A stretch of 7,292 nt of DNA from a virus (taxonomy: Duplodnaviria; Heunggongvirae; Uroviricota; Caudoviricetes), in the IMG/VR virus record IMGVR_UViG_2690315994_000013. One strand, 5' to 3'. Shown one piece after another: positions 1 to 6,073 of this stretch. Numbering within the stretch: the stretch's first letter is position 1; the number at the start of each line of letters is the position of its first letter. A program made the translations under genes and the position numbers. The notes under the pieces are model-generated. The model did no database searches and was not told where the DNA came from. It worked only from the letters and a program-made list of their open reading frames with translations.

Positions 1-19
1 TATCCTGCTGTTTTAGCAT
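1..19 (-). CDS. Possible start of the first late gene (truncated by window edge; only 6 codons, MLKQQD...)
   Basis: ATG at 19..17 on the minus strand, downstream of the pR'/tR' leader, preceded by a purine-rich stretch (aaaagggaaaaagac). Far too short to identify. Confidence 0.2.
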
Positions 20-141
20 GTCTTTTTCCCTTTTCCGGTTAACGTGACACACCAATAACTCTTGTCGAAAAAGCCAGCAAGCTGAAAGACAGGTATTCAC
101 CGCCACCAGCGCGTTTACTATACTGACGCGATTTCAGTCAT

Positions 142-163
142 AAAAAACCCGCCAGGCGGCGGG
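142..163 (-). terminator. Rho-independent terminator in the late leader (tR'-like)
   Basis: On the minus strand, cccgcc-gcct-ggcggg (6-bp GC stem, 4-nt loop) followed by TTTTTTAT, about 60 nt downstream of the putative pR' -10 element. Confidence 0.55.
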
Positions 164-197
164 GTGTAAAAAATCTTCTAACGTCAGGCATAAAACG

Positions 198-240
198 CCC
201 ATCGTTAGAGCAAATTTACCACAGATTCGGGAAAAATCAA
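198..240 (-). promoter_or_regulatory. Late promoter pR'-like with qut/pause element
   Basis: Minus strand reads TTGATT (-35), a 16-nt spacer, then TGgTAAATT (extended -10), then tgctctAACGATggg. This closely parallels lambda pR' as I remember it (ggTAAATTtgactcAACGATggg), including the AACGAT sigma70 pause element. It sits immediately downstream of the Q gene stop. Confidence 0.6.
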
Positions 241-245
241 CAACA

Positions 246-1067
246 CTATCGCGTTACCCTCTTTAACTGCCGCTCCGCCCATGCCTCTTCAATGTCAAAC
301 CGAACCACCAACGTATCGTAAAAGCGTTTCACTGATTTTTTCCACGTATCAAGCGTGATAGCACTCGTCACTTTGCATATGGCATTAAATGCCTCCGTTG
401 ATGGTAGTCTTTCACAGCCACGACCACCACAACGCTGGCAGTCTCTGATAACAGGCATACCACGTTTTACCGACTCTTCACGATGAATGGCGACACCACG
501 CCCACGGCAATCCTTACAGGCGGTGGAAACCTCACCCTTTCCGCCACACTCCGGACAGGCAACTTTTACCACCTCCCTGACTTTTTTCCATTCTTCCCAG
601 TAAGACGGATACACACCTTTCGTACACTTTGCCCATACCGGCGGCTTACCATCCGGATACTGGATCTTGTTTGTAAAAACCTCGCTTTCAATAAATTTTT
701 TTCCGTGACAGCAGGAGCACTGTTTTTTGCTCGCCGCGCTGCGGGCATAATCTTCAAACGCATACGAAGCCATAATACGCATCACTGCCGGTTTTATTTC
801 TGCCGGGAGTTTTCTTAACGCCGCCACGCGATCACACCGACTGAGTGCATATTCTGTCAGCAATTCTGTTGCCCGCTCTCTGTCATTCATACTAATGCCC
901 ATTTTCCCAAGGAACGCAGAAAACCCCATCTCAGCCCGATTCTGTGTCATGCCCTGCGCGGCCATCACATCAGTGATACTCAGCGCATCTTTCGACGTTG
1001 AGGCCGATGCATCAGTCAGGCCGGGGGATTTTGGGGAGTAGTATTTCGGTAAATCTTCCAGTTTCAT
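246..1067 (-). CDS. Q: Late-gene antitermination protein Q (lambda-Q family, 273 aa, with an extra Cys-rich segment)
   Basis: N-terminal SPKSP...TDVMAAQGM and C-terminal ...YDTLVV...VTR match my recollection of lambda Q (SPKSP...TDVMAAMGM...YDALVV...AVTR). Multiple CxxC pairs suggest zinc binding. The ATG (1067..1065) overlaps the rusA stop (ATGA). Position is immediately upstream of the pR'-like promoter. Confidence 0.85.
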   Translation of the reverse strand: MKLEDLPKYYSPKSPGLTDASASTSKDALSITDVMAAQGMTQNRAEMGFSAFLGKMGISMNDRERATELLTEYALSRCDRVAALRKLPAEIKPAVMRIMASYAFEDYARSAASKKQCSCCHGKKFIESEVFTNKIQYPDGKPPVWAKCTKGVYPSYWEEWKKVREVVKVACPECGGKGEVSTACKDCRGRGVAIHREESVKRGMPVIRDCQRCGGRGCERLPSTEAFNAICKVTSAITLDTWKKSVKRFYDTLVVRFDIEEAWAERQLKRVTR

Positions 1068-1438
1068 TTTTTGACCTGCCCTTCAAGCATTATGGGGTAA
1101 ATCTTCACGCCCAGCCGCCCCCCAGGAACGCGCTGACCGCGCACAATATTGATTTCATCAAACTGCTCGTCGTCTATGAGAAGTCCGGCATGCGTCAGCG
1201 CATCCAGTGGTGCTTTCAGAATATTGTCCAGGTCGCGACGACGCTTATCCGGTGGCTCTGCAATCACCTTTATCGCCAGCCTTCCGGACAGGCTTAATTT
1301 CAGCCGCTGCTGGCGAACAATAAGCGCCACAGCCCGGCGATAACGCTTTCCCTCCTCCGAGATAAAATATGTGCTGCCACGGCGTCGCCAGTAAGTGTTC
1401 ACCGTCGGCGGGTAAGGTAAAACCAAATCTATGAGCAT
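1064..1438 (-). CDS. rusA: Holliday junction resolvase RusA (crossover junction endodeoxyribonuclease)
   Basis: 124 aa. LPYPPTVNTYWRRRG and DKRRRDLDNILK resemble the RusA motifs I recall (LPWPPSNNRYYR, DRRRRDLDNL). Typical nin-region position between the DUF968 gene and Q. SD gaggtga upstream of the ATG. Confidence 0.85.
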   Translation of the reverse strand: MLIDLVLPYPPTVNTYWRRRGSTYFISEEGKRYRRAVALIVRQQRLKLSLSGRLAIKVIAEPPDKRRRDLDNILKAPLDALTHAGLLIDDEQFDEINIVRGQRVPGGRLGVKIYPIMLEGQVKK

Positions 1439-1450
1439 CAGTCACCTCTT

Positions 1451-2497
1451 TTACCCAAGCACGCCAGTTGCAAAGGCGTGATCAAGAAAACGAAAAATTA
1501 AATCAACCTGAGAACCATGCTTTTCTTCGAACGCCAGAGGATCCGCATGAAGCTCGTTGTGATGCTCCCGACACAGCGGTAGCGTGAAAATATCGTGAGA
1601 TTTTGTCCCCATTCCGCCCTGACCATGACCAATCAGGTGATGGGGATCGTCGGCTGGCTTACCACAACACGCACACGGCTGTGTCTTCACCCAGCGTGTG
1701 TATTTCTCGTTAACCCAGCGGCGACGTTTAGGTCGTTTCATGAAAGATTCCGGAGACTCAGGATCAACGGCAATGCTGACCACCGTCTCTTCCTGTGGCG
1801 GGTTTTGCTGGTGGGCGTGAGGCAGCGGCGCAAGATTTTTTGTGCGCTGCTTCAGTATGCTGGTGGCGGTCTGCTCTCCCGGTACGATGTCGCTTTCACG
1901 GTACATTGAGCGGATTTTTTCCGCACGCAACCCCAGCGAACGACGTAATACCGCTTCCGGTAGCGCGTCCGCCACCTGATTGCGGACCGCCCACCAGGAT
2001 AATTCAGCCAGCGATAATTCCCGTTCCTGCGAGCCATTCATTGCATGGCGTATGACGTCAATCATCCATGCAGACAGGTTTTGGTGAGCAAGTTGCCCGA
2101 GTGATTCGGAGGTCTGGTCGCGCAGCTGGTTGTCGCAGTGCCAGCACAACACCATTGCGCCGGTACCATAACGGTGAATGACGGTTTCACTGTGGTGATA
2201 ATCGCCGTGTGGCCACTGGCAGGATTTAACATGGCGCAGTAACCAGTCAGACAATGCGCCAGCGCCACCAGCAGCACGAATCACTCGTTCGTCGCTGAAA
2301 AATGGCAGTAATGATTTATCCTCCGCCAGCGGCTGGCGAACGGCAGGAACGCCCCCGGACGACAGATTACGCATGCTTTTCGGTTCCGGCTCCACCAGTA
2401 CCCGGGTATTGTGGAATACCGGCATGGATTCACGGCCCGGCTTAACGATCACCAGCCCGAGTTCCGGTACCAGAACAGGTCGAAGTAATACCCGCAC
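1451..2497 (-). CDS. DUF968-type protein with C-terminal HNH/Ref-like Cys/His motif (YdfU-like)
   Basis: 348-aa ORF. The C-terminus (CACCGKPADDPHHLIGHGQGG...CREHHNELH) looks like an HNH/Ref-type nuclease motif. Likely GTG start at 2497..2495 with a GGAGG SD 4 nt upstream, 1 nt after the stop of the preceding ORF. Same position as ydfU in K-12 Qin (from memory). Confidence 0.65.
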   Translation of the reverse strand: MRVLLRPVLVPELGLVIVKPGRESMPVFHNTRVLVEPEPKSMRNLSSGGVPAVRQPLAEDKSLLPFFSDERVIRAAGGAGALSDWLLRHVKSCQWPHGDYHHSETVIHRYGTGAMVLCWHCDNQLRDQTSESLGQLAHQNLSAWMIDVIRHAMNGSQERELSLAELSWWAVRNQVADALPEAVLRRSLGLRAEKIRSMYRESDIVPGEQTATSILKQRTKNLAPLPHAHQQNPPQEETVVSIAVDPESPESFMKRPKRRRWVNEKYTRWVKTQPCACCGKPADDPHHLIGHGQGGMGTKSHDIFTLPLCREHHNELHADPLAFEEKHGSQVDLIFRFLDHAFATGVLG

Positions 2498-2498
2498 G

Positions 2499-2777
2499 TT
2501 ACCTCCAGATGCGTTGCTGGAATGTGCGGGACGGACGCGGTGGGCGTTCAGAGTAAGGAAGCCTGACGGAGATTATCCAGTGACGATAATCGAGGCTGAG
2601 GGCTTTCTTAATCTCGTATCCGTGTCTGCGGTAGCACTGAATTAGCCATTCAGCTTGTTCTTCAGTACATGGGGGATGCTGGTACCAATCAGATTTGAAT
2701 GTGCGGGAACGCCGCCCGTGCCTGCTGGCAAAGACAGCTGAATTATCAGAATTGTGTGATTTGGTATTGTGCGCCAT
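2499..2777 (-). CDS. Hypothetical protein (92 aa from ATG at 2777; the ORF track extends to a TTG at 2858)
   Basis: Open frame translationally coupled to the DUF968 gene. The longer ORF-track start (TTG at 2858) lies inside the upstream terminator T-tract, so the internal ATG (MAHNTKSHN...) is preferred. No recognisable motif; it occupies the position of rem in K-12 Qin, but similarity is unverified. Confidence 0.4.
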   Translation of the reverse strand: MAHNTKSHNSDNSAVFASRHGRRSRTFKSDWYQHPPCTEEQAEWLIQCYRRHGYEIKKALSLDYRHWIISVRLPYSERPPRPSRTFQQRIWR

Positions 2778-2850
2778 CGTCTTTCTCTGCTGGCGCAGCA
2801 GGTGCCAGTTGTTCAGGCTGACGTGCGAATTGTAAACCTGAATGCCAAGA

Positions 2851-2878
2851 AAAAACAAAACCCGCCGAAGCGGGTTTT
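2851..2878 (-). terminator. Rho-independent terminator (copy 1 of a duplicated hairpin)
   Basis: Minus strand: aaaacccgc-ttcg-gcgggtttt followed by gttttttc. The core cccgccgaagcggg recurs at 4209..4222. Confidence 0.6.
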
Positions 2879-2892
2879 GTCAGTACTGAATA

Positions 2893-3042
2893 TCAAGCTG
2901 CGTGCTTGCCACTACAACTGCAAAGTGGGATCGGGAAAGGCTTCCCTTTTTTCGCGTGGCGCATTACACCATCTACACACACAGAGTAGCGAAAAATGAT
3001 CTCACATGGACAGCCACATTTGCGACAGGTACCCATTGCCAT
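2893..3042 (-). CDS. Small Cys-rich protein (49 aa from ATG 3042; 60 aa if GTG 3075), possible zinc ribbon
   Basis: MAMGTCRKCGCPCEIIFRYSVCVDGVMRHAKKGKPFPIPLCSCSGKHAA has 8 Cys including CxxC-type spacing. It lies between the peptidase terminator and terminator copy 1. SD is weak, so coding status is uncertain. Confidence 0.3.
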   Translation of the reverse strand: MAMGTCRKCGCPCEIIFRYSVCVDGVMRHAKKGKPFPIPLCSCSGKHAA

Positions 3043-3185
3043 GATTTCGTTTTCCCTGCTCACCTGTGAATCCACACAGGTTGCACTTTGTTGGGAGAAC
3101 CACTACACTTCGCTTGTCTACAAAAAGTGTTGTGATTGGATTATCTCCATACACTACGGAATGTGTTAGCGCACTTTCCGTCCCT

Positions 3186-3211
3186 AAAAGCCCTGTTAGC
3201 GCAGGGCTTTT
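3186..3211 (-). terminator. Possible weak terminator/hairpin at the end of the HTH-peptidase operon
   Basis: Minus strand: aaaagccctg-cgctaa-cagggctttt, overlapping the peptidase stop codon. Only about 4 U after the GC stem, so termination efficiency is uncertain. Confidence 0.35.
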
Positions 3212-3686
3212 ACATATAAAAATCGAACGACATCTGTTGTGTTCTCACGCCAATTGTTTCCAGTACGATATCCGCAAATGTATCTGCCTGCCATTCTGCA
3301 TCCTCAATACGAGTAGGTTCTTTAACTGAAAAGTGTAAAACTGCTTTGTGTCCAAGAAGCAAATGACCTAGCTCGTGGAAGATAACAGCAAGTGCATGCT
3401 CTTCCCCAAGGCAAGCATTCACATATATTTTATTGGGAACCGTAATTGTTAGAGAAGCGGGGTCACAATGTCCGATAGTTAGATCATACGTCAGAGCCTC
3501 CCACTCTTTGTCGGTCCTGACGTCAAGAGTAACCCCATAAATTGACAGGCTTTCAAAGAACATATCATAACGCTTTCTTTTGCGCTTTGAGGCTGTAAGA
3601 CCAATAGCATTACAGAAGTTTATAGCTCTGTAGGCTATTTCTTCTTCTTGCATCGGTGACACCCTGTTACCTCTCATTTGATACAT
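3210..3686 (-). CDS. ImmA/IrrE-family (M78-like, DUF955-type) zinc metallopeptidase, 158 aa
   Basis: HExxH motif (FHELGHLLLGH) with a downstream acidic residue pattern typical of ImmA/IrrE peptidases. The start ATG 3686 is 2 nt after the HTH gene stop, with a GAGGGG SD inside the HTH gene 3' end. A hand count on about 100 nt gave roughly 41% G+C versus roughly 57% in a sample of the DUF968 gene. Confidence 0.75.
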   Translation of the reverse strand: MYQMRGNRVSPMQEEEIAYRAINFCNAIGLTASKRKRKRYDMFFESLSIYGVTLDVRTDKEWEALTYDLTIGHCDPASLTITVPNKIYVNACLGEEHALAVIFHELGHLLLGHKAVLHFSVKEPTRIEDAEWQADTFADIVLETIGVRTQQMSFDFYM

Positions 3687-3688
3687 AA

Positions 3689-4048
3689 TTACCCCTCATT
3701 GTTATTAATCTTTTGCAATAAATCTGCAAAACTCTTTAGCTGTTCCGGCGTAAACTGCGACTTAGCGAATCCCGCTACAAGCATTTTCTGTTGCTGAGAC
3801 AAACCGTTTACTGGAACTGAGTCATTCGCAACTGCCGCTAACTCCTGTAACCCTTCAATTTCTACACCTTTGGCCTTGAAGTAAGAATCAATCTTCTTAA
3901 CCCACTTCAGAGGTATTTTTTTGCTACCAGTTTCTAAACCGCTAAGAAACGCTGGCGTAGTGCCCAGTTCTTGAGACATAGTCAGAAGAGTACTGTCAGT
4001 ATCGATCCTCGCTTTTCTAACGGCCTTACCGAATTCAGTGAGTGCCAT
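3689..4048 (-). CDS. XRE/Cro-CI-type helix-turn-helix transcriptional regulator, 119 aa
   Basis: N-terminal segment (FGKAVRKARIDTDSTLLTMSQELGTTPAFLSGLETGSKKIP) fits the XRE HTH pattern. GAGGA SD 7 nt upstream of the ATG. First gene of a two-gene operon with the peptidase. Confidence 0.8.
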   Translation of the reverse strand: MALTEFGKAVRKARIDTDSTLLTMSQELGTTPAFLSGLETGSKKIPLKWVKKIDSYFKAKGVEIEGLQELAAVANDSVPVNGLSQQQKMLVAGFAKSQFTPEQLKSFADLLQKINNNEG

Positions 4049-4075
4049 GATTTTATCCTCAATTTGTTGATTTAG

Positions 4076-4098
4076 CAGACTTGCCTAACGCAAGCCTG
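4076..4098 (-). promoter_or_regulatory. Imperfect inverted repeat between promoter and RBS of the HTH gene (candidate operator)
   Basis: cagActtgc-ctaac-gcaagCctg: 9-bp arms with one mismatch and a 5-bp spacer, placed where an autoregulatory operator would be expected. Confidence 0.3.
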
Positions 4099-4124
4099 AT
4101 GGGCGCTTAAATTCTAATTCCTAA

Positions 4125-4152
4125 AATTTACCATATACGAAAGCAAAGTAAA
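4125..4152 (-). promoter_or_regulatory. Putative sigma70 promoter of the HTH-peptidase operon
   Basis: Minus strand: TTTACT (-35-like), 16-nt spacer, TGgTAAATT (extended -10) in an AT-rich intergenic region about 80 nt upstream of the HTH start. Confidence 0.4.
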
Positions 4153-4190
4153 CCTTTTTAGTTAAAAAAATCTCCTTTAAGGGAATTTTT

Positions 4191-4224
4191 TTCACAAAAA
4201 GAACAAACCCCGCCGAAGCGGGTT
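4191..4224 (-). terminator. Rho-independent terminator downstream of hokD (copy 2 of the duplicated hairpin)
   Basis: Minus strand: aacccgc-ttcg-gcggggtt followed by tgttcttttt; same cccgccgaagcggg core as at 2861..2874. Confidence 0.55.
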
Positions 4225-4292
4225 AAGTGCGGGTGCGTTGAGGATGCCTGACACATCAGAGGTGGCGAGGGATTTCTCCCCCGCCAGGTCTC

Positions 4293-4448
4293 TTACTCCT
4301 CAGGTTCGTAAGCTGTGAAGACAGCGACCTCCGTCTGGCCGGTTCGGATTCGTACCTCGCAGAGGTCTTTCCTCGTTACCAGTGCCGTCACAATGACGGT
4401 TAAACAGATGACGATCAGGGCGATTAGCATCGCCTTTTGCTGCTTCAT
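4293..4448 (-). CDS. hokD: Hok/Gef-family membrane toxin, HokD (RelF)-like, 51 aa
   Basis: MKQQKAMLIALIVICLTVIVTALVTRKDLCEVRIRTGQTEVAVFTAYEPEE matches my recollection of E. coli K-12 HokD/RelF essentially residue for residue. AAGGAG SD upstream of ATG 4448. The ORF-track 70-aa version begins at an in-frame upstream ATG (4505) with no obvious SD. Confidence 0.85.
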   Translation of the reverse strand: MKQQKAMLIALIVICLTVIVTALVTRKDLCEVRIRTGQTEVAVFTAYEPEE

Positions 4449-4739
4449 AGCCTGCTTCTCCTTGCCTTTCGGCACGTAAGAGGCTAACCTACGTGTGTAG
4501 AGCATAGATATGGCCTCAGATTAATGTTAAGCGTCTTGCCGGACGCGTAATGTTAACTGGGGCTTTTCTCTATCTGCCTTTTGGTGTTCATGCCTGAGAC
4601 AGATAGCCTCAAGCACCCGCTGCAATTCTACTTAACTCTCCTTTTCCCGCAAACCGTTTTTATCCCCAGCGGCAAATCGAATACACCACCAGCGCCACCG
4701 CCATCGCAATTCCTACCGTTGTTAATGCTTCAGGCCAGG

Positions 4740-5084
4740 TCATCGTAAAATATCCTCCACGCTTATCAGTCCGTTCCGCTCCAGATAACTCATCGCCTTA
4801 TCCGGTAATTTGCAGTCTGGCTTCGCTTTCCTCAGTTGCCAGGTTAACTGCTTTACCAGCATGGTTAACTCATCGACCAGACGCTGATATCCCACTGGTT
4901 TGTATTCATGCAATTTACCGGCTGGCTCTGCTGCCAGCGATACCAGTGCGATTTCCAGAACAGCAATATCCATCTTATATGTGCGGATGATGTCATGGTC
5001 GATTGTGCCCGGTATGCACAGTCTCTGTGCTTCAATAGTCTCCTCTGCGTGAGCTATTAACTGCTCTCTGGTAAAAGTCGTCAT
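4740..5084 (-). CDS. Hypothetical protein, 114 aa
   Basis: Start ATG overlaps the stop of the upstream 55-aa ORF (ATGA). N-terminus (MTTFT) and [10 protein letters not shown] motif are paralogous to that ORF. No recognised domain. Confidence 0.5.
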   Translation of the reverse strand: MTTFTREQLIAHAEETIEAQRLCIPGTIDHDIIRTYKMDIAVLEIALVSLAAEPAGKLHEYKPVGYQRLVDELTMLVKQLTWQLRKAKPDCKLPDKAMSYLERNGLISVEDILR

Positions 5085-5248
5085 GCCGTAGCCCCTTCTT
5101 GATATTTTTCAAACCAGAACACAACCGGCTCTGCTTCCAGCGATGCCAGCGCAATCCGTGCCAGTTCCATTTGTTCACCACGGGTAAGCCCGTTTTCAAG
5201 CGGATTTTTAATGAACAATTCAATACGTTCTTTGGTAATAGTGGTCAT
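5081..5248 (-). CDS. Hypothetical small protein, 55 aa (not in the ORF track)
   Basis: Hand translation: [61 protein letters not shown] 7 nt upstream; stop TGA overlaps the ATG of the 114-aa gene. Shares MTTxT and IAL(A/V)SL(E/A)AEP with the downstream gene. Confidence 0.45.
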   Translation of the reverse strand: MTTITKERIELFIKNPLENGLTRGEQMELARIALASLEAEPVVFWFEKYQEGATA

Positions 5249-5258
5249 GTGTTACTCC

Positions 5259-5522
5259 TTAACCCGCAGTGCTTTCAACTGATGAGGGGAACAAAATCTT
5301 TTCATCAAACCCTGCATTCATATCATGAACAGCAACACACCAATCCATCGACGAACGATTATCAAGAGCCTCCATGATTTCATCCATGCGGCGCAGGTCA
5401 TACAGGTAAATGCTTTTATCGCCAATGGTGTAAAAACCAATTTTTTTCGGTGATGGACAGCGATCAAGAACGTCCTGTAATTCGCTCAACCATGCTTGTT
5501 CTTTTTTTGTCAAAGTTGCCAT
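5259..5522 (-). CDS. Hypothetical protein, 87 aa
   Basis: ATG 5522 preceded by AAGGAGAG within the 31-bp repeat; a TGAtATG junction with the 165-aa gene. No recognised motif. Confidence 0.5.
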   Translation of the reverse strand: MATLTKKEQAWLSELQDVLDRCPSPKKIGFYTIGDKSIYLYDLRRMDEIMEALDNRSSMDWCVAVHDMNAGFDEKILFPSSVESTAG

Positions 5523-5523
5523 A

Positions 5524-5554
5524 TCACTCTCCTTTGATGCGAATGCCAGTGGTA
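5524..5554. repeat. 31-bp direct repeat, copy 1 (tcactctcctttgatgcgaatgccagTggta)
   Basis: Identical to 6018..6048 except one base (T/C). Covers the last codons (...GIRIKGE*) of the 165-aa gene and the RBS of the 87-aa gene. Confidence 0.85.
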
Positions 5555-6021
5555 CTCATTCTCCTGATTTCCCAGAGCACACGAGGAACACCACCGTTTC
5601 CGACCGGATCGCGCTTACTCCGCATGGCGACGCTTGATTCCGCCCAGCTTTTTCTTGGAGGAAGCTCTTTCACACGAACAAAACCAGCTGCGCGAAGAGA
5701 TGCTCCTGATTCATCTGCCTGGGTGTACGTAATACAACGTTGATAACCCATAGCCTTTGCTGCCCGCCAGACAGCACCATAAAGCGCGCTGTTAGCGTTG
5801 CGTTCTCCTGTGGTACATGTGCGATTTACTTCAAGCGTTAATCCATCGTCCAAATGTCGTGCAACAGGTCTACCGGCTGTCGCCACACCTATCAATTCTC
5901 CGGCATCATTTCTCAGACCAATGCTGAATTTATGCCCCACCGGGGGTTTATTGTGTCGGTGATGTCTGGATATAAACGCCTTCGCAACACGAAGAGTAAC
6001 CGGTGAAATCTGCACTCTCAC
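5524..6021 (-). CDS. Hypothetical protein, 165 aa (possibly GNAT-like fold; unverified)
   Basis: Continuous ORF bracketed by 31-bp direct repeats. Start GTG (6021 or 6015) preceded by AAGGAGAG. A central segment (GVATAGRP...NANSALYGAVWRAAKAMGY...ASLRAAGF) is loosely reminiscent of an acetyltransferase core; this is a weak impression only. Confidence 0.5.
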   Translation of the reverse strand: MRVQISPVTLRVAKAFISRHHRHNKPPVGHKFSIGLRNDAGELIGVATAGRPVARHLDDGLTLEVNRTCTTGERNANSALYGAVWRAAKAMGYQRCITYTQADESGASLRAAGFVRVKELPPRKSWAESSVAMRSKRDPVGNGGVPRVLWEIRRMSTTGIRIKGE

Positions 6022-6048
6022 TCTCCTTTGATGCGAATGCCAGCGGTA
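6018..6048. repeat. 31-bp direct repeat, copy 2 (tcactctcctttgatgcgaatgccagCggta)
   Basis: Covers the start/RBS of the 165-aa gene and the end of a 19-codon remnant ORF (VSEISYQASITAGIRIKGE*) that ends with the same GIRIKGE as the 165-aa protein. Confidence 0.85.
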
Positions 6049-6073
6049 ATTGAAGCCTGATAGCTAATTTCAC

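Noticed and set aside
2778-2858. ORF-track N-terminal extension of the 92-aa ORF starting at TTG 2858
   Set aside because: The TTG lies inside the T-tract of the upstream terminator hairpin, so translation initiation there is implausible. The internal ATG at 2777 is preferred, although its SD is weak.
4125-4135. Shared tggtaaattt 10-mer between the moron promoter and pR' as evidence that the cassette is Q-regulated
   Set aside because: The moron promoter lacks the AACGAT pause element and the qut-like context; a shared extended -10 sequence is more likely coincidence.
4449-4505. 70-aa version of the hok ORF starting at the in-frame upstream ATG
   Set aside because: No SD before ATG 4505, whereas ATG 4448 has AAGGAG and gives the canonical 51-aa Hok length. 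It is not a mok frame because it is in-frame rather than overlapping out of frame.
4589-4704. Mini-ORFs in the hok upstream region (14 aa MAVALVVYSICRWG at 4660..4704 with an AGGA SD; 12 aa MNTKRQIEKSPS starting at ATG 4591..4589)
   Set aside because: Too short to evaluate by eye. They could be leader peptides or noise; no family resemblance was recognised. Flagged only as something to look at in ribosome profiling.
566-5223. Minus-strand ORFs nested in other frames (566..763 within Q; 1245..1445 within rusA; 1852..2037 and 2062..2277 within the DUF968 gene; 5032..5223 across the 55/114-aa genes)
   Set aside because: They overlap better-supported genes out of frame; the alternative frames carry recognisable motifs or have SD plus coupling.
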